Both the position numbers and the translations under genes were made by a program. The notes beneath the pieces were generated by a model that saw nothing but the letters and a program-made list of their open reading frames with translations, did not search any database and was not told the DNA's origin. DNA of 64,000 nt from Planctomycetota bacterium (lineage in GTDB: Bacteria > Planctomycetota > UBA8108 > UBA1146). The DNA lies in NCBI GenBank assembly GCA_036125855.1, contig JAYZTT010000017.1, positions 21,323-85,322 on the forward strand, in the 5' to 3' direction. Each line of letters starts with the position of its first letter. The stretch's first letter is position 1. Of this stretch, positions 8,971-17,493 are shown piece by piece.

Positions 8971-10706
8971 TCCGTTACCGTGCTCCCCGGCGCATCATCT
9001 CCAGCGCCATCACCAGCTTCTGGTTACTGCTGTTTGTGCTGCTGGGACAGCCCAGCAGCTACGGTCACGAATTAGCAGCCGGAGTCGGTACTCAAAGCAC
9101 CTTCACCATCCGAGATGGACAGGTAACGATGCTCTTCAACCTGGGCTGGAGTGTTCCGGCAGGGTTCCCGGTATTGCAAAGCCTTGATCACAATGGAGAT
9201 GACCGGGTCGAGGAAGATGAGTGGCGACCTTACCTCAAGTCGCGCATCGAATCGTTGCTCACCCAGGTGCAGTTGCATATCAACGGACACCCCATCTCGC
9301 TCGAGTTGGTTCTCATCGAAGAGGAAGGATTGCAGGGTTCGGTCCGTACTCGCCCATTCGATGCGTATTACACCCTTCGTGGTCAGCTCCCTGCTTCGTT
9401 CTCGGAGACAAACCCATGGGGCAATGGCTGGTGGCTGCACTGGCAGGACAACACCTTCCTCAACGAGACCTCGAGCCAGTTCACCTGGATTCCGTTATCC
9501 GATCACGATCCCGGCATGTCTTTCCTCATTCTTCGACCGGAACCGGCAGCGATCGAAGATCAAGGTGCGTTCTTTCGTACCCCCGGACGCGAATCCACCG
9601 TCTATTTCTACAAGGGGACCAGCACCTTTGATCCCTTCGAATCGGATCCGCCGACGGTCTCCGACCTGATCAAGGTGGCCAGTTCCGGGGATCAGACCAC
9701 GGCGCCGACCGATGCTGACCTCTCCCAGAGTGCCGGTGGCGATGTGATTCCGCGCCGTCCGACCAACACCAACACCGATCAGCAACAGGCGCCCGAACAC
9801 AGTGAAGAGGAGGAGATCGGTGAAATCGTGACCACTCTGCTGGAGGGGAAAGCGCCGCTGTGGGAACTGCTGCTGGCGTTGCTGCTGGCGATCCTCTACG
9901 GCGCCGGCCACGCCCTCGGACCGGGCCATGGCAAGACGATGGTGGCAGCCTATCTGGTCGGAACCCGCGGGCGAATTCGCGACGCGGTGATCCTCGGCCT
10001 GGTGGTCACCTTCGCCCATACCGCCAGCATCTTCCTGCTCGGCTTGCTACTACTTGCCCTGATCGAGGCGAGTTCCGACAAGGCGTCCTCGGCAACCTAT
10101 CAGAACTGGCTCACCACCATCTTCAGTTTTGGCTCGGGATTTCTGCTGTTGCTGTTCGGACTGTTCCTGGCTCGCCGCCGCTGGAGAAATGCTCGCGGCT
10201 CCACCCACACTCACGGCCATGATCACAGTCATGCCGATTCCCACGATCATTCCCACGACCACTCTCATGGTCACTCTCATGATGGCCATCCGCACGACCA
10301 CTCGCATGTTCCGGCAAACTGGGGACAGGACGGGGAAGTCCGTTTCCGTGATCTCGTCACTCTCGGTTTCAGTGGCGGAATCGTCCCCTGCCCTGCGGGC
10401 TTCACCATCATGCTGGTCGCCGCCCATTTCCAGGCGCTGCTGCTGGGACTGGTCATTCTCGGATTCTTCAGCCTCGGCCTCGGCTTGATGCTGATCGGAA
10501 TCGGCTGCGTCCTGGTTGTCGGCAGGGAAGGACTTCTCGATCGCGCAGGATCCACCTTGCAGACACGATTCTTGCGCTACGCACCGGTGTTTTCAGCACT
10601 GCTGGTCAGCGCAGTCGGTTTCTGGTTCTGTTATGACAGCGTGATCCAGGGTCAGGATTCGATCGTTCAGATGTTGAGAGTACTGGCCGACCGGCTCGAC
10701 GGCTGA
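8955..10706 (+). CDS. RcnA/NicO-family nickel/cobalt transporter fused to a ~300-aa N-terminal extracytoplasmic domain
   Basis: The C-terminal half is collinear with RcnA: GHALGPGHGKTMVAAY, a His-rich loop (HTHGHDHSHADSHDHSHDHSHGHSHDGHPHDHSH), and GGIVPCPAG. The N-terminal half has a signal/TM segment and then a domain of unknown family. Confidence 0.75.
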   Translation: MGILLIRYRAPRRIISSAITSFWLLLFVLLGQPSSYGHELAAGVGTQSTFTIRDGQVTMLFNLGWSVPAGFPVLQSLDHNGDDRVEEDEWRPYLKSRIESLLTQVQLHINGHPISLELVLIEEEGLQGSVRTRPFDAYYTLRGQLPASFSETNPWGNGWWLHWQDNTFLNETSSQFTWIPLSDHDPGMSFLILRPEPAAIEDQGAFFRTPGRESTVYFYKGTSTFDPFESDPPTVSDLIKVASSGDQTTAPTDADLSQSAGGDVIPRRPTNTNTDQQQAPEHSEEEEIGEIVTTLLEGKAPLWELLLALLLAILYGAGHALGPGHGKTMVAAYLVGTRGRIRDAVILGLVVTFAHTASIFLLGLLLLALIEASSDKASSATYQNWLTTIFSFGSGFLLLLFGLFLARRRWRNARGSTHTHGHDHSHADSHDHSHDHSHGHSHDGHPHDHSHVPANWGQDGEVRFRDLVTLGFSGGIVPCPAGFTIMLVAAHFQALLLGLVILGFFSLGLGLMLIGIGCVLVVGREGLLDRAGSTLQTRFLRYAPVFSALLVSAVGFWFCYDSVIQGQDSIVQMLRVLADRLDG

Positions 10707-10726
10707 TCCACCTCTCCCTGCCGCCT

Positions 10727-12151
10727 TCACAGGCCGAGCGCCTCGAACATCGCGCGGGCCTTGTGAGTCAATTCGGCCCGTTCCGAGCTCGGCTCCGAAT
10801 CCCAGGTGACTGCGCCACCGAAGGGAATCAGGGCCCTCCCGTCCTTCACCAGAGCGGTTCGGATGGCGATACTGAGTTCCAGATCACCGTCGGGTGCGAT
10901 CCAGCCGACGGAACCGGTGTATACCGAACGAGGCCACGGCTCCAGCCGACGAATTTGTTCCATGGCAGCGATCTTGGGAGCACCGGTGATGGAACCTCCC
11001 GGGAAGGTGGCTCGCAAGATCTCTCCAGGGCCAGGATCCCCCCGCAATCTTCCCTCGACGGTGGCCACGGTATGGAAGACGGAAGCGTACTCTTCTACCT
11101 CTGCGGCACATTTGACCGCGACAGATCCGGTCTGACAGATTCTTCCCAGATCGTTCCGTTCCAGATCGACGATCATCGCCAGCTCTGCACGCTCCTTCTC
11201 ATCCTCGAGTAGCCGACGGGAACTCTCTCGATCAAGCTTTGCATCGCCGTGGCGCGGAACCGTTCCCTTGATCGGGCGAGTCACGATGTGCTCACCACGT
11301 CTTCTCAAGAACTGCTCCGGTGAGGCGGAAACGATCGAGACCGGGTCTCCCTGGATCAACGCACCATAGGGAACCGGCTGGGCTGTCCGCCACAGCCGAT
11401 GCAGATCCGGTGCTGACGGAATCCCCTCGACCAGCAGTCCCCGGGCCATGTTCACCTCGTAGACCTCACCGACACCGATCTGTTTTCGAATCTCTTCGAC
11501 CGCTCCCAGATATTCCTGGTCCGACAGAGAAGCCGCTTCAATCCGCACCGGGGCGCGCCTCCGCTGCTCTCGACGGTCACCCGATAGCCACCATCGTCTT
11601 TGCTGCCAGCCGGCCCTACCGCGATGCAGGAACCAGCCCTTGCGCTGGTTCGCATCGATGGCAACCACCTCGTCGTACAGTCGCCAGTACATCTCGGGAA
11701 TGCCCTCAAGAAAACCAGTGATCGGATCCTGCGATCGATCAACGACCGAGAGTCCCAGAAACCGATCGGCAGCCTCGTATCCGATCCAGCCGACCGCACC
11801 TCCTGTGAAGGGGATCTCCGCGGCACCGGCCCTGAACTCCTCTCGAGATGACTCGATGCTCCAGCGTTGCCACCACATCTCCAGAGCGGTCAGCGGATCC
11901 TGGTCGCCACCGCAGAGAGTTCCTGAAGCATCGGTTGCGCTCCAGCGGTCCCGAGTCGCCTCGAAGGAACAGAGTGGATCGACAGCGCAAAAATGCCAGC
12001 CACCACACCCGGCAACGTCTAGCCCGCTCTCGAACAGGAAGCCCTCCCGGTGACTTCGCATCGCATCGAGAATCGAATTCAGATCGATCGGGTCCAGTTC
12101 TTCCCTTTGAAGTGGTGAAAGAAATGGATTGAGCATCTCAGAACTGGTCAT
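10727..12151 (-). CDS. pabB: Chorismate-utilising enzyme, aminodeoxychorismate synthase component I-like (PabB/TrpE family)
   Basis: GEVYEVNMA, RPIKGT, LLEDEKERAELAMIVDLERNDLGRI, PGGSITGAPKIAAME..RSVYTGSVGW, IAIRTAL. The ORF is open to 12208; ATG 12151 (MTSSEML) is preferred. PabB versus TrpE cannot be settled by eye. Confidence 0.75.
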   Translation of the reverse strand: MTSSEMLNPFLSPLQREELDPIDLNSILDAMRSHREGFLFESGLDVAGCGGWHFCAVDPLCSFEATRDRWSATDASGTLCGGDQDPLTALEMWWQRWSIESSREEFRAGAAEIPFTGGAVGWIGYEAADRFLGLSVVDRSQDPITGFLEGIPEMYWRLYDEVVAIDANQRKGWFLHRGRAGWQQRRWWLSGDRREQRRRAPVRIEAASLSDQEYLGAVEEIRKQIGVGEVYEVNMARGLLVEGIPSAPDLHRLWRTAQPVPYGALIQGDPVSIVSASPEQFLRRRGEHIVTRPIKGTVPRHGDAKLDRESSRRLLEDEKERAELAMIVDLERNDLGRICQTGSVAVKCAAEVEEYASVFHTVATVEGRLRGDPGPGEILRATFPGGSITGAPKIAAMEQIRRLEPWPRSVYTGSVGWIAPDGDLELSIAIRTALVKDGRALIPFGGAVTWDSEPSSERAELTHKARAMFEALGL

Positions 12152-12419
12152 GACGGAAATCTCCTCCAGAACCGGCTCAGTAATGCCGAAGATGAGATCG
12201 GGAAGCAAGTCGCTGCCCGGGGAGAAACGATGGGGAGAGTGGTCATGGATGTCTCGATGGGTGCCCTCTTTGTCTTCAACAACTGCTGGTCTTCCAGGAT
12301 CTTTCTGGCCCGTGAGGTGGAAGTGAAGGACGCGCCGACCCTGAATTCATGGGAAATTTCTGCGCCCCTTCCGCGACATGAGAATTTGCACACGATTTGT
12401 ACAGAAGGATGGGGCCCCG

Positions 12420-12671
12420 ATGAACAGTGATGCCCTCAATTTATCCCCCAGAGAACGCTCCTTGATGGTCGTGAGCCGCAAAGAGGAGCACTGCATCCTG
12501 TACGATGCGACCGATCTCCCGTCGCTTCTGGAGCAATTGCTGACGATGGGATCAGAGGCACCAGAGACGCTGGAGGAAGCAGCTCACCGCGATGAAGAAA
12601 CCCTCAGCCAGGAGCACTTCCGGGCGGTCGCGCGCGAGTTGTTGAGTCGAATTCACTCCAACTTCCGATAG
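12420..12671 (+). CDS. Hypothetical small acidic protein
   Basis: 83 aa from ATG 12420, with AAGGA upstream. Codon usage is plausible; no recognisable motif. Confidence 0.4.
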   Translation: MNSDALNLSPRERSLMVVSRKEEHCILYDATDLPSLLEQLLTMGSEAPETLEEAAHRDEETLSQEHFRAVARELLSRIHSNFR

Positions 12672-12850
12672 TGCTAGACAATTCCGGAAGTTTTCCACAA
12701 TTCGATCCCCCGCTTGCACTCTTTTACCCATCTCCATCAGCAAGAAATTTCTGCTCTATTTCAAATCATCTTCACATTTTTTTCGGCCTTCGTAGGATCT
12801 AGTTCATTAGGGGGCGCCGTCCCGCTATCAGGAAAGTGGGTGCAGACAAA

Positions 12851-13756
12851 ATGGATTCGTTCCTCCAGCACCTGAAAACTGAACGTAATCTGAGCCCGGA
12901 AACTTTACGTGCATACCGTAAGGATCTGGAACAGCTGAGGGATTTCTTTGAAACCAAGGATCTGGCCCTCATCGCCAATTCGAGCACCGAAAAAGTACGT
13001 CGCTGGCTCGCCCACTTTGCCGAGCTGGGATATTCACGAAGTACGGTCGCAAGAAAGCTCGCCTCGGTTCGAGGATTCTTCCGATTCCTGCAACGTGAGG
13101 GACGTATCGAGGGCCGCTGTGCGTTTCTCGAACTGAGTACCCCTCGGGTTCCGAGATCTCTGCCCCATTTCCTCACCGTGCAGGAAGTGATGCGTCTACT
13201 CGACCAGCCAGAAACCAACACCTATCGCGGTCTCAGGGATCTGGCGATTCTCGAGATTCTGTACAGTACCGGTCTTCGCGTCAGTGAACTGGTCGCTTTG
13301 AACTGGGAAAACATCGACGAAAAGAGTCGTCTCGTCAGAGCATTTGGCAAGGGCCGCAAGGAACGTCTGGTTCCCATCGGGGAACATGCGCTGACGGCAC
13401 TGTTTGCCTACAAGGATGAGATCCCGGCACGCTGGCTGCCGCTCGAACCTTCTTCTCCTGTTCTCCTCAATCGATTTGGTGACCGCATCTCGGACCGTTC
13501 CATCCGCAAGATTTTTGACCGCTACATCCACAAGGCGGGCCTCGATGCCAAGACCAGTCCCCATACTCTGCGACACTCCTACGCAACCCACATGCTCGAT
13601 AGCGGCGCCAATCTGCGGGAAGTCCAGGAACTGCTGGGGCACAAGCATCTGGCCACCACCCAGGTGTACACCCATCTGAGTAGTGAACGATTGTCCCAAA
13701 CCTACCAGGAGTCGCATCCGCATAGTCGACTGCCGGAGACGGAAACCACCTCGTAG
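12851..13756 (+). CDS. xerC: Tyrosine recombinase XerC/XerD family
   Basis: N-terminal SAM-like domain (MDSFLQHLKTERNLSPETLRAYRKDLEQL). Catalytic region RDLAILEILYSTGLRVSEL .. HTLRHSYATHML .. LGHKHLATTQVYTHL. An alternative GTG start lies at 12836. Confidence 0.85.
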   Translation: MDSFLQHLKTERNLSPETLRAYRKDLEQLRDFFETKDLALIANSSTEKVRRWLAHFAELGYSRSTVARKLASVRGFFRFLQREGRIEGRCAFLELSTPRVPRSLPHFLTVQEVMRLLDQPETNTYRGLRDLAILEILYSTGLRVSELVALNWENIDEKSRLVRAFGKGRKERLVPIGEHALTALFAYKDEIPARWLPLEPSSPVLLNRFGDRISDRSIRKIFDRYIHKAGLDAKTSPHTLRHSYATHMLDSGANLREVQELLGHKHLATTQVYTHLSSERLSQTYQESHPHSRLPETETTS

Positions 13757-13857
13757 GCCCGTACAGCGGTGAAATCATCCAGGATCTGCAGCGGACGATT
13801 GCCGCATCCCGGCGATATCGCTATCCTTCCCCACCGGTACCGGACAGCCGGTTCCTT

Positions 13858-13933
13858 GCTGGCGTAGCTCAGCTGGTAGAGCACAGCTTTCGTAAAGCTG
13901 AGGTCACGGGTTCGACTCCCGTCGCCAGCTCCA
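13858..13933 (+). tRNA. tRNA-Thr (anticodon CGT) with encoded CCA
   Basis: Manual cloverleaf: GCTGGCG TA GCTC-AGCTGGTA-GAGC A CAGCT-TTCGTAA-AGCTG AGGTC ACGGG-TTCGACT-CCCGT CGCCAGC T CCA. Confidence 0.9.
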
Positions 13934-13943
13934 TCTGACCATT

Positions 13944-13975
13944 CTGGCCCCGCTGACCTGAGGTAGCGGGGCCAG
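13944..13975 (+). terminator. Stem-loop just downstream of tRNA-Thr (terminator-like, no U-tract)
   Basis: 11-bp perfect stem CTGGCCCCGCT/AGCGGGGCCAG with a 10-nt loop. Confidence 0.4.
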
Positions 13976-14235
13976 TAGCCCTTCTGCGAGATCGAAATCT
14001 CCCCCATTCGCGACCCTTGAGATCGATATCAATGGCTTCCAGCCCCCCTCAAACCCCACTCGCAACATCAACTCCGCGGGACTACAATCGAGGTAGCCCC
14101 GCCCCATGACATTCTGAGATCTACACGATGAGGCTCATGAGCCGCCCTTGTCGGTCGATTTTCTGTCAAGGGTCGGTAGGTTGGGCAACGATCAGATTTA
14201 ACTTCATGTCCCGCAAGACACTGAAAGGGGACTTC

Positions 14236-16641
14236 ATGTCTCGTAATCCAAATGGACTGGTGCCGCAATTCCTGCTGCTGGGTTTGACGGTCCTGTGCAT
14301 CTCGACCAGCCCGGTTCTTGCTCAATGCGATCCCGGTGGTGGTATGGGAGGAAATGGAGCCGACGTGATCGTGGGCGAGTTGACCGGTACCCAGAGCTAT
14401 GGAAATTCCGGTGGCTATTACGCCTTTTCGGTCGGTACCACTTCCTGCAACATCGGCACCGAGGAACTGCTCTGGATCGCCAGCACCAATGAACATCCGG
14501 TGATCGGTCAGAACATGTTCCGTCTCAAAGATGGAACCTTCGAGCAGATCGGAATGAGCTGGCTAAAGCACGGCTTCACTGCTTTGCAGGGAAACACTTG
14601 CGGCTGTGGCTGCGTTTCTTCCGGAACCGGATCCCGACTGGGAGTCGGATGCTCGGATCCCTATGGCGCCGGTCTCAACGGAAGTCAGGGAAGCCTTGGC
14701 TCTCGTTCTGAAGTCACCGATCCTGCTCACGGAATCTTCATCTATCCCCAGGTGATGGATCCCAGCAACCTGGATCTGACCTATCGCCGCTTGCGGGTTC
14801 ACGGCAACGATCTGAATCCCACTCTCAACAGTGGTGCCACCTACTTCGTCGAGGGCCATTACATCACCCCAGACGACGCAGCAGCAGGCAATCATCACAA
14901 CAACACCAGCTATCGCCAGATCACCGTCTCCGCCAGCACCAGTAACCACTCCATCGCCTTCACCGGATCCACCCAACGCCAGCAGCCAGGGATCCAGGCG
15001 TGGCAGGACAACGATCCGAGCGTGACCCTGGTCGACATCGATGACGGAAACGATGGGCTGCTGATTCTTGGCTACAAGGTCACCCAGCAAACGGCAAACC
15101 TGTGGCAATACGAATATGCCCTCTACAACATGGATTCGACCCGTTCGGTGCGCAGTTTCTCGCTGCCATTGCTCGGTGTTGTCGCCAGTGACATCGGTTT
15201 CCACGATGTCGAATACCACAGTACCGAAGTCTATGACGGCACCGACTGGGCGGTTTCGACTGCCGGCGGAGAAATCAGCTGGAGCACTTCGACCTTCGCT
15301 CAGAACAGCAATGCCAACGCTCTGCGCTGGGGAACGATGTACAACTTCCGCTTCGTCACCACTTCTGCGCCGACCAATGCCAACGCAACCCTCGGTCTGT
15401 TCACAACGGGAGGTTCCGTACTGGTACCGATCTTGGCACCGATGGTCGGCAATCTCGACTGCAACAACAACGGGATTCCCGATGCCGATGAAATCGCCAA
15501 CGGAGCTTCCGATTGTGATTCGAATGGCCTGCTCGATGAATGTCAGGACGACTGCGATAACGACGGTGTGGCGGACGCCTGCGAACTGATCAACGGAGCG
15601 CTCGACTGCGACGGAGATTTCATACCTGACACCTGTCAGATCTCCAGTGGTGCTGCCGACTGTGATTTCGATGGAGTTCTCGACAGCTGTGAAATCAGTC
15701 AGGGCACCGAGACCGACTGCGACCTCAACGGCACCATCGATAGCTGTCAAATCGCCGCCAATCCAGATAGCGATTGTGACAACAATGGTGTGCTCGATTC
15801 TTGCGAAGCGGCGGGGATCTTCTCCTTCGTTGACAACGTCGTGCCACCGGCTCCCATCTCCAGTTCCGATCCCCCGGTGGTGAGAACCATCAACGTCGAC
15901 CAGATCGGACTCGTTGATGACGTCGATGTCCTGATCGAGCTGAACCACACCTGGATCGGCGATCTCACCATCTCCCTGGTCAATCCCTCGGGAACCAACG
16001 TTGCGCTTCACAGCCAATCAGGTGGAGATGCCGACGACATCAATACCGTTTACGACGATGACGGTGGTGCCGGCACCACTTCCCCCGCCTCACCACTCTC
16101 TGGCTTCGATGGCCAGAATGCGCTGGGGAACTGGACCTTGACGGTCGCCGACACCGTCGGTGGAGATTCCGGTGTACTGAACGTCTGGGGACTCGACATC
16201 GCCATCGCCGGCGCTGGCCTCCCCGATTGCAATAACAATGGAATTCATGACGGTTGCGAGCTTTCTGCAGCCAACGACTGCAACAACAATGGCGTTCTCG
16301 ACGAGTGTGACATCTCATCGGGCACCAGCACCGATACCAATAACGATGGCATTCCAGACGAGTGCGGTGGAGTCACCTACGTTACTGGTGATACCAACGC
16401 TGACGGCAGCCATGACATCAGTGACGCGGTGAATATCCTCACCTACCTGTTTGGAGGCGGACAGATCACATGCCTCGCTTCCCTCAACAACAACGGGGAC
16501 AACTCTGTGGATATCTCCGACGTGGTATACCTGCTCGTGTACCTGTTTGACGGTGGAGCCAATCCGGCCGCACCCTTCCCGGCCTGTGGTCTGGGCGGTG
16601 CCTCTGGACTCAGCTGCGACTCCTTCAACTCCTGCCCCTGA
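14236..16641 (+). CDS. Large secreted protein: conserved Cys-containing N-domain, DCDxNGxxDxC calcium-binding-like repeats, proprotein-convertase P-domain, dockerin-like C-terminal module
   Basis: Signal peptide MSRNPNGLVPQFLLLGLTVLCISTSPVLAQ. About 10 repeats of DC(D/N)xNGxxDxC (15451-15815). P-domain VDDVDVLIELNHTWIGDLTISLVNPSGTNVALHS...GNWTLTVADTVGGDSGVLNVWGLDI (about 15880-16205). Tail GDTNADGSHDISDAVNILTYLFGGG... The ORF is open from 14128; other candidate starts are 14206 and 14236. Confidence 0.8.
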   Translation: MSRNPNGLVPQFLLLGLTVLCISTSPVLAQCDPGGGMGGNGADVIVGELTGTQSYGNSGGYYAFSVGTTSCNIGTEELLWIASTNEHPVIGQNMFRLKDGTFEQIGMSWLKHGFTALQGNTCGCGCVSSGTGSRLGVGCSDPYGAGLNGSQGSLGSRSEVTDPAHGIFIYPQVMDPSNLDLTYRRLRVHGNDLNPTLNSGATYFVEGHYITPDDAAAGNHHNNTSYRQITVSASTSNHSIAFTGSTQRQQPGIQAWQDNDPSVTLVDIDDGNDGLLILGYKVTQQTANLWQYEYALYNMDSTRSVRSFSLPLLGVVASDIGFHDVEYHSTEVYDGTDWAVSTAGGEISWSTSTFAQNSNANALRWGTMYNFRFVTTSAPTNANATLGLFTTGGSVLVPILAPMVGNLDCNNNGIPDADEIANGASDCDSNGLLDECQDDCDNDGVADACELINGALDCDGDFIPDTCQISSGAADCDFDGVLDSCEISQGTETDCDLNGTIDSCQIAANPDSDCDNNGVLDSCEAAGIFSFVDNVVPPAPISSSDPPVVRTINVDQIGLVDDVDVLIELNHTWIGDLTISLVNPSGTNVALHSQSGGDADDINTVYDDDGGAGTTSPASPLSGFDGQNALGNWTLTVADTVGGDSGVLNVWGLDIAIAGAGLPDCNNNGIHDGCELSAANDCNNNGVLDECDISSGTSTDTNNDGIPDECGGVTYVTGDTNADGSHDISDAVNILTYLFGGGQITCLASLNNNGDNSVDISDVVYLLVYLFDGGANPAAPFPACGLGGASGLSCDSFNSCP

Positions 16642-16661
16642 CGTGGGACACAGGGAATTTG

Positions 16662-16702
16662 ACGGCCCCTTCCGGAGAATCCGGACGGGGCCGTTTCTAT
16701 TT
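16662..16702 (+). terminator. Intrinsic terminator after the 14236-16641 gene
   Basis: ACGGCCCC-T-TCCGGA-GAA-TCCGGA-C-GGGGCCGT extended hairpin followed by TTTCTATTT. Confidence 0.55.
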
Positions 16703-16809
16703 CGACCACCGGATAGACTTCTCGCCCCTTGTATCCACCGCGCGGCAATTGAAGATAGCTGCGTTGTCCGATCCATCGATGCAGTTCTCTCCAGCTCTCA
16801 GGAGGTGTC

Positions 16810-17367
16810 ATGAAGTCCCTGTTCCATCTTCTCGGTACGGTTGCCGACGGCCCGGCGAAAATTTTGATCCTCACGGTGCCGCTGTTGTTCGTACTGGGAA
16901 CCAGCAACTTGCCATCGGTCGATCGTGACGACAAAAGCGAGACGGCAAAGCCGAAGATCGAGGACTTCGCCTGGCTTGCCGGGGAGTGGCGCGGTGAGGG
17001 CTTCGGCGGCACCTGTGAAGAGATCTGGAGCCATCCGCTTGCCGGTACCATGGTCGGGACCTTTCGCCTGGTGAAAGACGATGCAGTGGTCTTCTACGAG
17101 ATCATGGTGCTCGGTCCCGACAAGGAGGGGTTCGCCCTGAAGGTGAAACACTTCTCCCAGGAATTTGTGGCCTGGGAGGACAAGGAAACTGCGGTGCGAT
17201 TCCCCTTTCAGTCGGTAAAAAATGGTGATGCCCGCTTTTCCGGTTTGACCCTGGCCCGCCAAAAGAATCAGCTGGAGATCAAAGTCAGAATGCGAGAAAG
17301 CGACGGTTCGACCCACTGGGAGCCTATTCAGCTGAAACGTCATACTCCGTCTCGGTCCAGGAACTAG
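16810..17367 (+). CDS. Hypothetical protein, DUF6265-like (tentative)
   Basis: 185-aa ORF with strong SD (AGGAGG). N-terminal hydrophobic segment, then FAWLAGEWRGEG...EEIW...GTMVGTFR...FYEIMVL, a pattern I associate with DUF6265. Family call is from memory only. Confidence 0.55.
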   Translation: MKSLFHLLGTVADGPAKILILTVPLLFVLGTSNLPSVDRDDKSETAKPKIEDFAWLAGEWRGEGFGGTCEEIWSHPLAGTMVGTFRLVKDDAVVFYEIMVLGPDKEGFALKVKHFSQEFVAWEDKETAVRFPFQSVKNGDARFSGLTLARQKNQLEIKVRMRESDGSTHWEPIQLKRHTPSRSRN

Positions 17368-17493
17368 TCGTTTCGACGGTTCCAGCACGCATCAGCGGAT
17401 CGCCTGCTCCCTTGTATCTCTTGCAGTGCAGGGGAAAATGGTTGTTGGCCCTGGCATATCTATTCTGCTCTCGCCAACCCTTCAGGAGGTGTC

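Noticed and set aside
10195-10300. Apparent short tandem DNA repeats (CAT/CAC-GAT/GAC-CAC-TCN units).
   Set aside because: They are fully explained as codons of the His/Asp/Ser-rich cytoplasmic loop of the RcnA-like transporter.
12851-13933. Tyrosine recombinase next to tRNA-Thr, read as an integrase/attachment site of a genomic island carrying the secreted-protein block.
   Set aside because: The recombinase lies 5' of the tRNA and is co-directional with it, not on the 3' side where island integrases sit. Its N- and C-terminal motifs look like housekeeping XerC/XerD. I found no direct repeat of the tRNA 3' end downstream by eye. An exact-match search for the last 15-20 nt of the tRNA would settle it.
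14563-16017. 484-aa minus-strand ORF. Similar long ORFs: 48297..49361 (-), 49756..51183 (-), 52172..53845 (+), 28364..29260 (+), 35742..36662 (-), 40240..41070 (+), 36687..37310 (-).
   Set aside because: Each lies antisense to a gene with clear family motifs: secreted P-domain protein, TraB-like, thiolase/nitroreductase, VWA protein, purM, aminotransferase, M14 peptidase, pgi. Their translations are Arg/Gly/Ser/Pro/Asp-rich low-information sequence. Long stop-free antisense frames are expected in GC-rich DNA.
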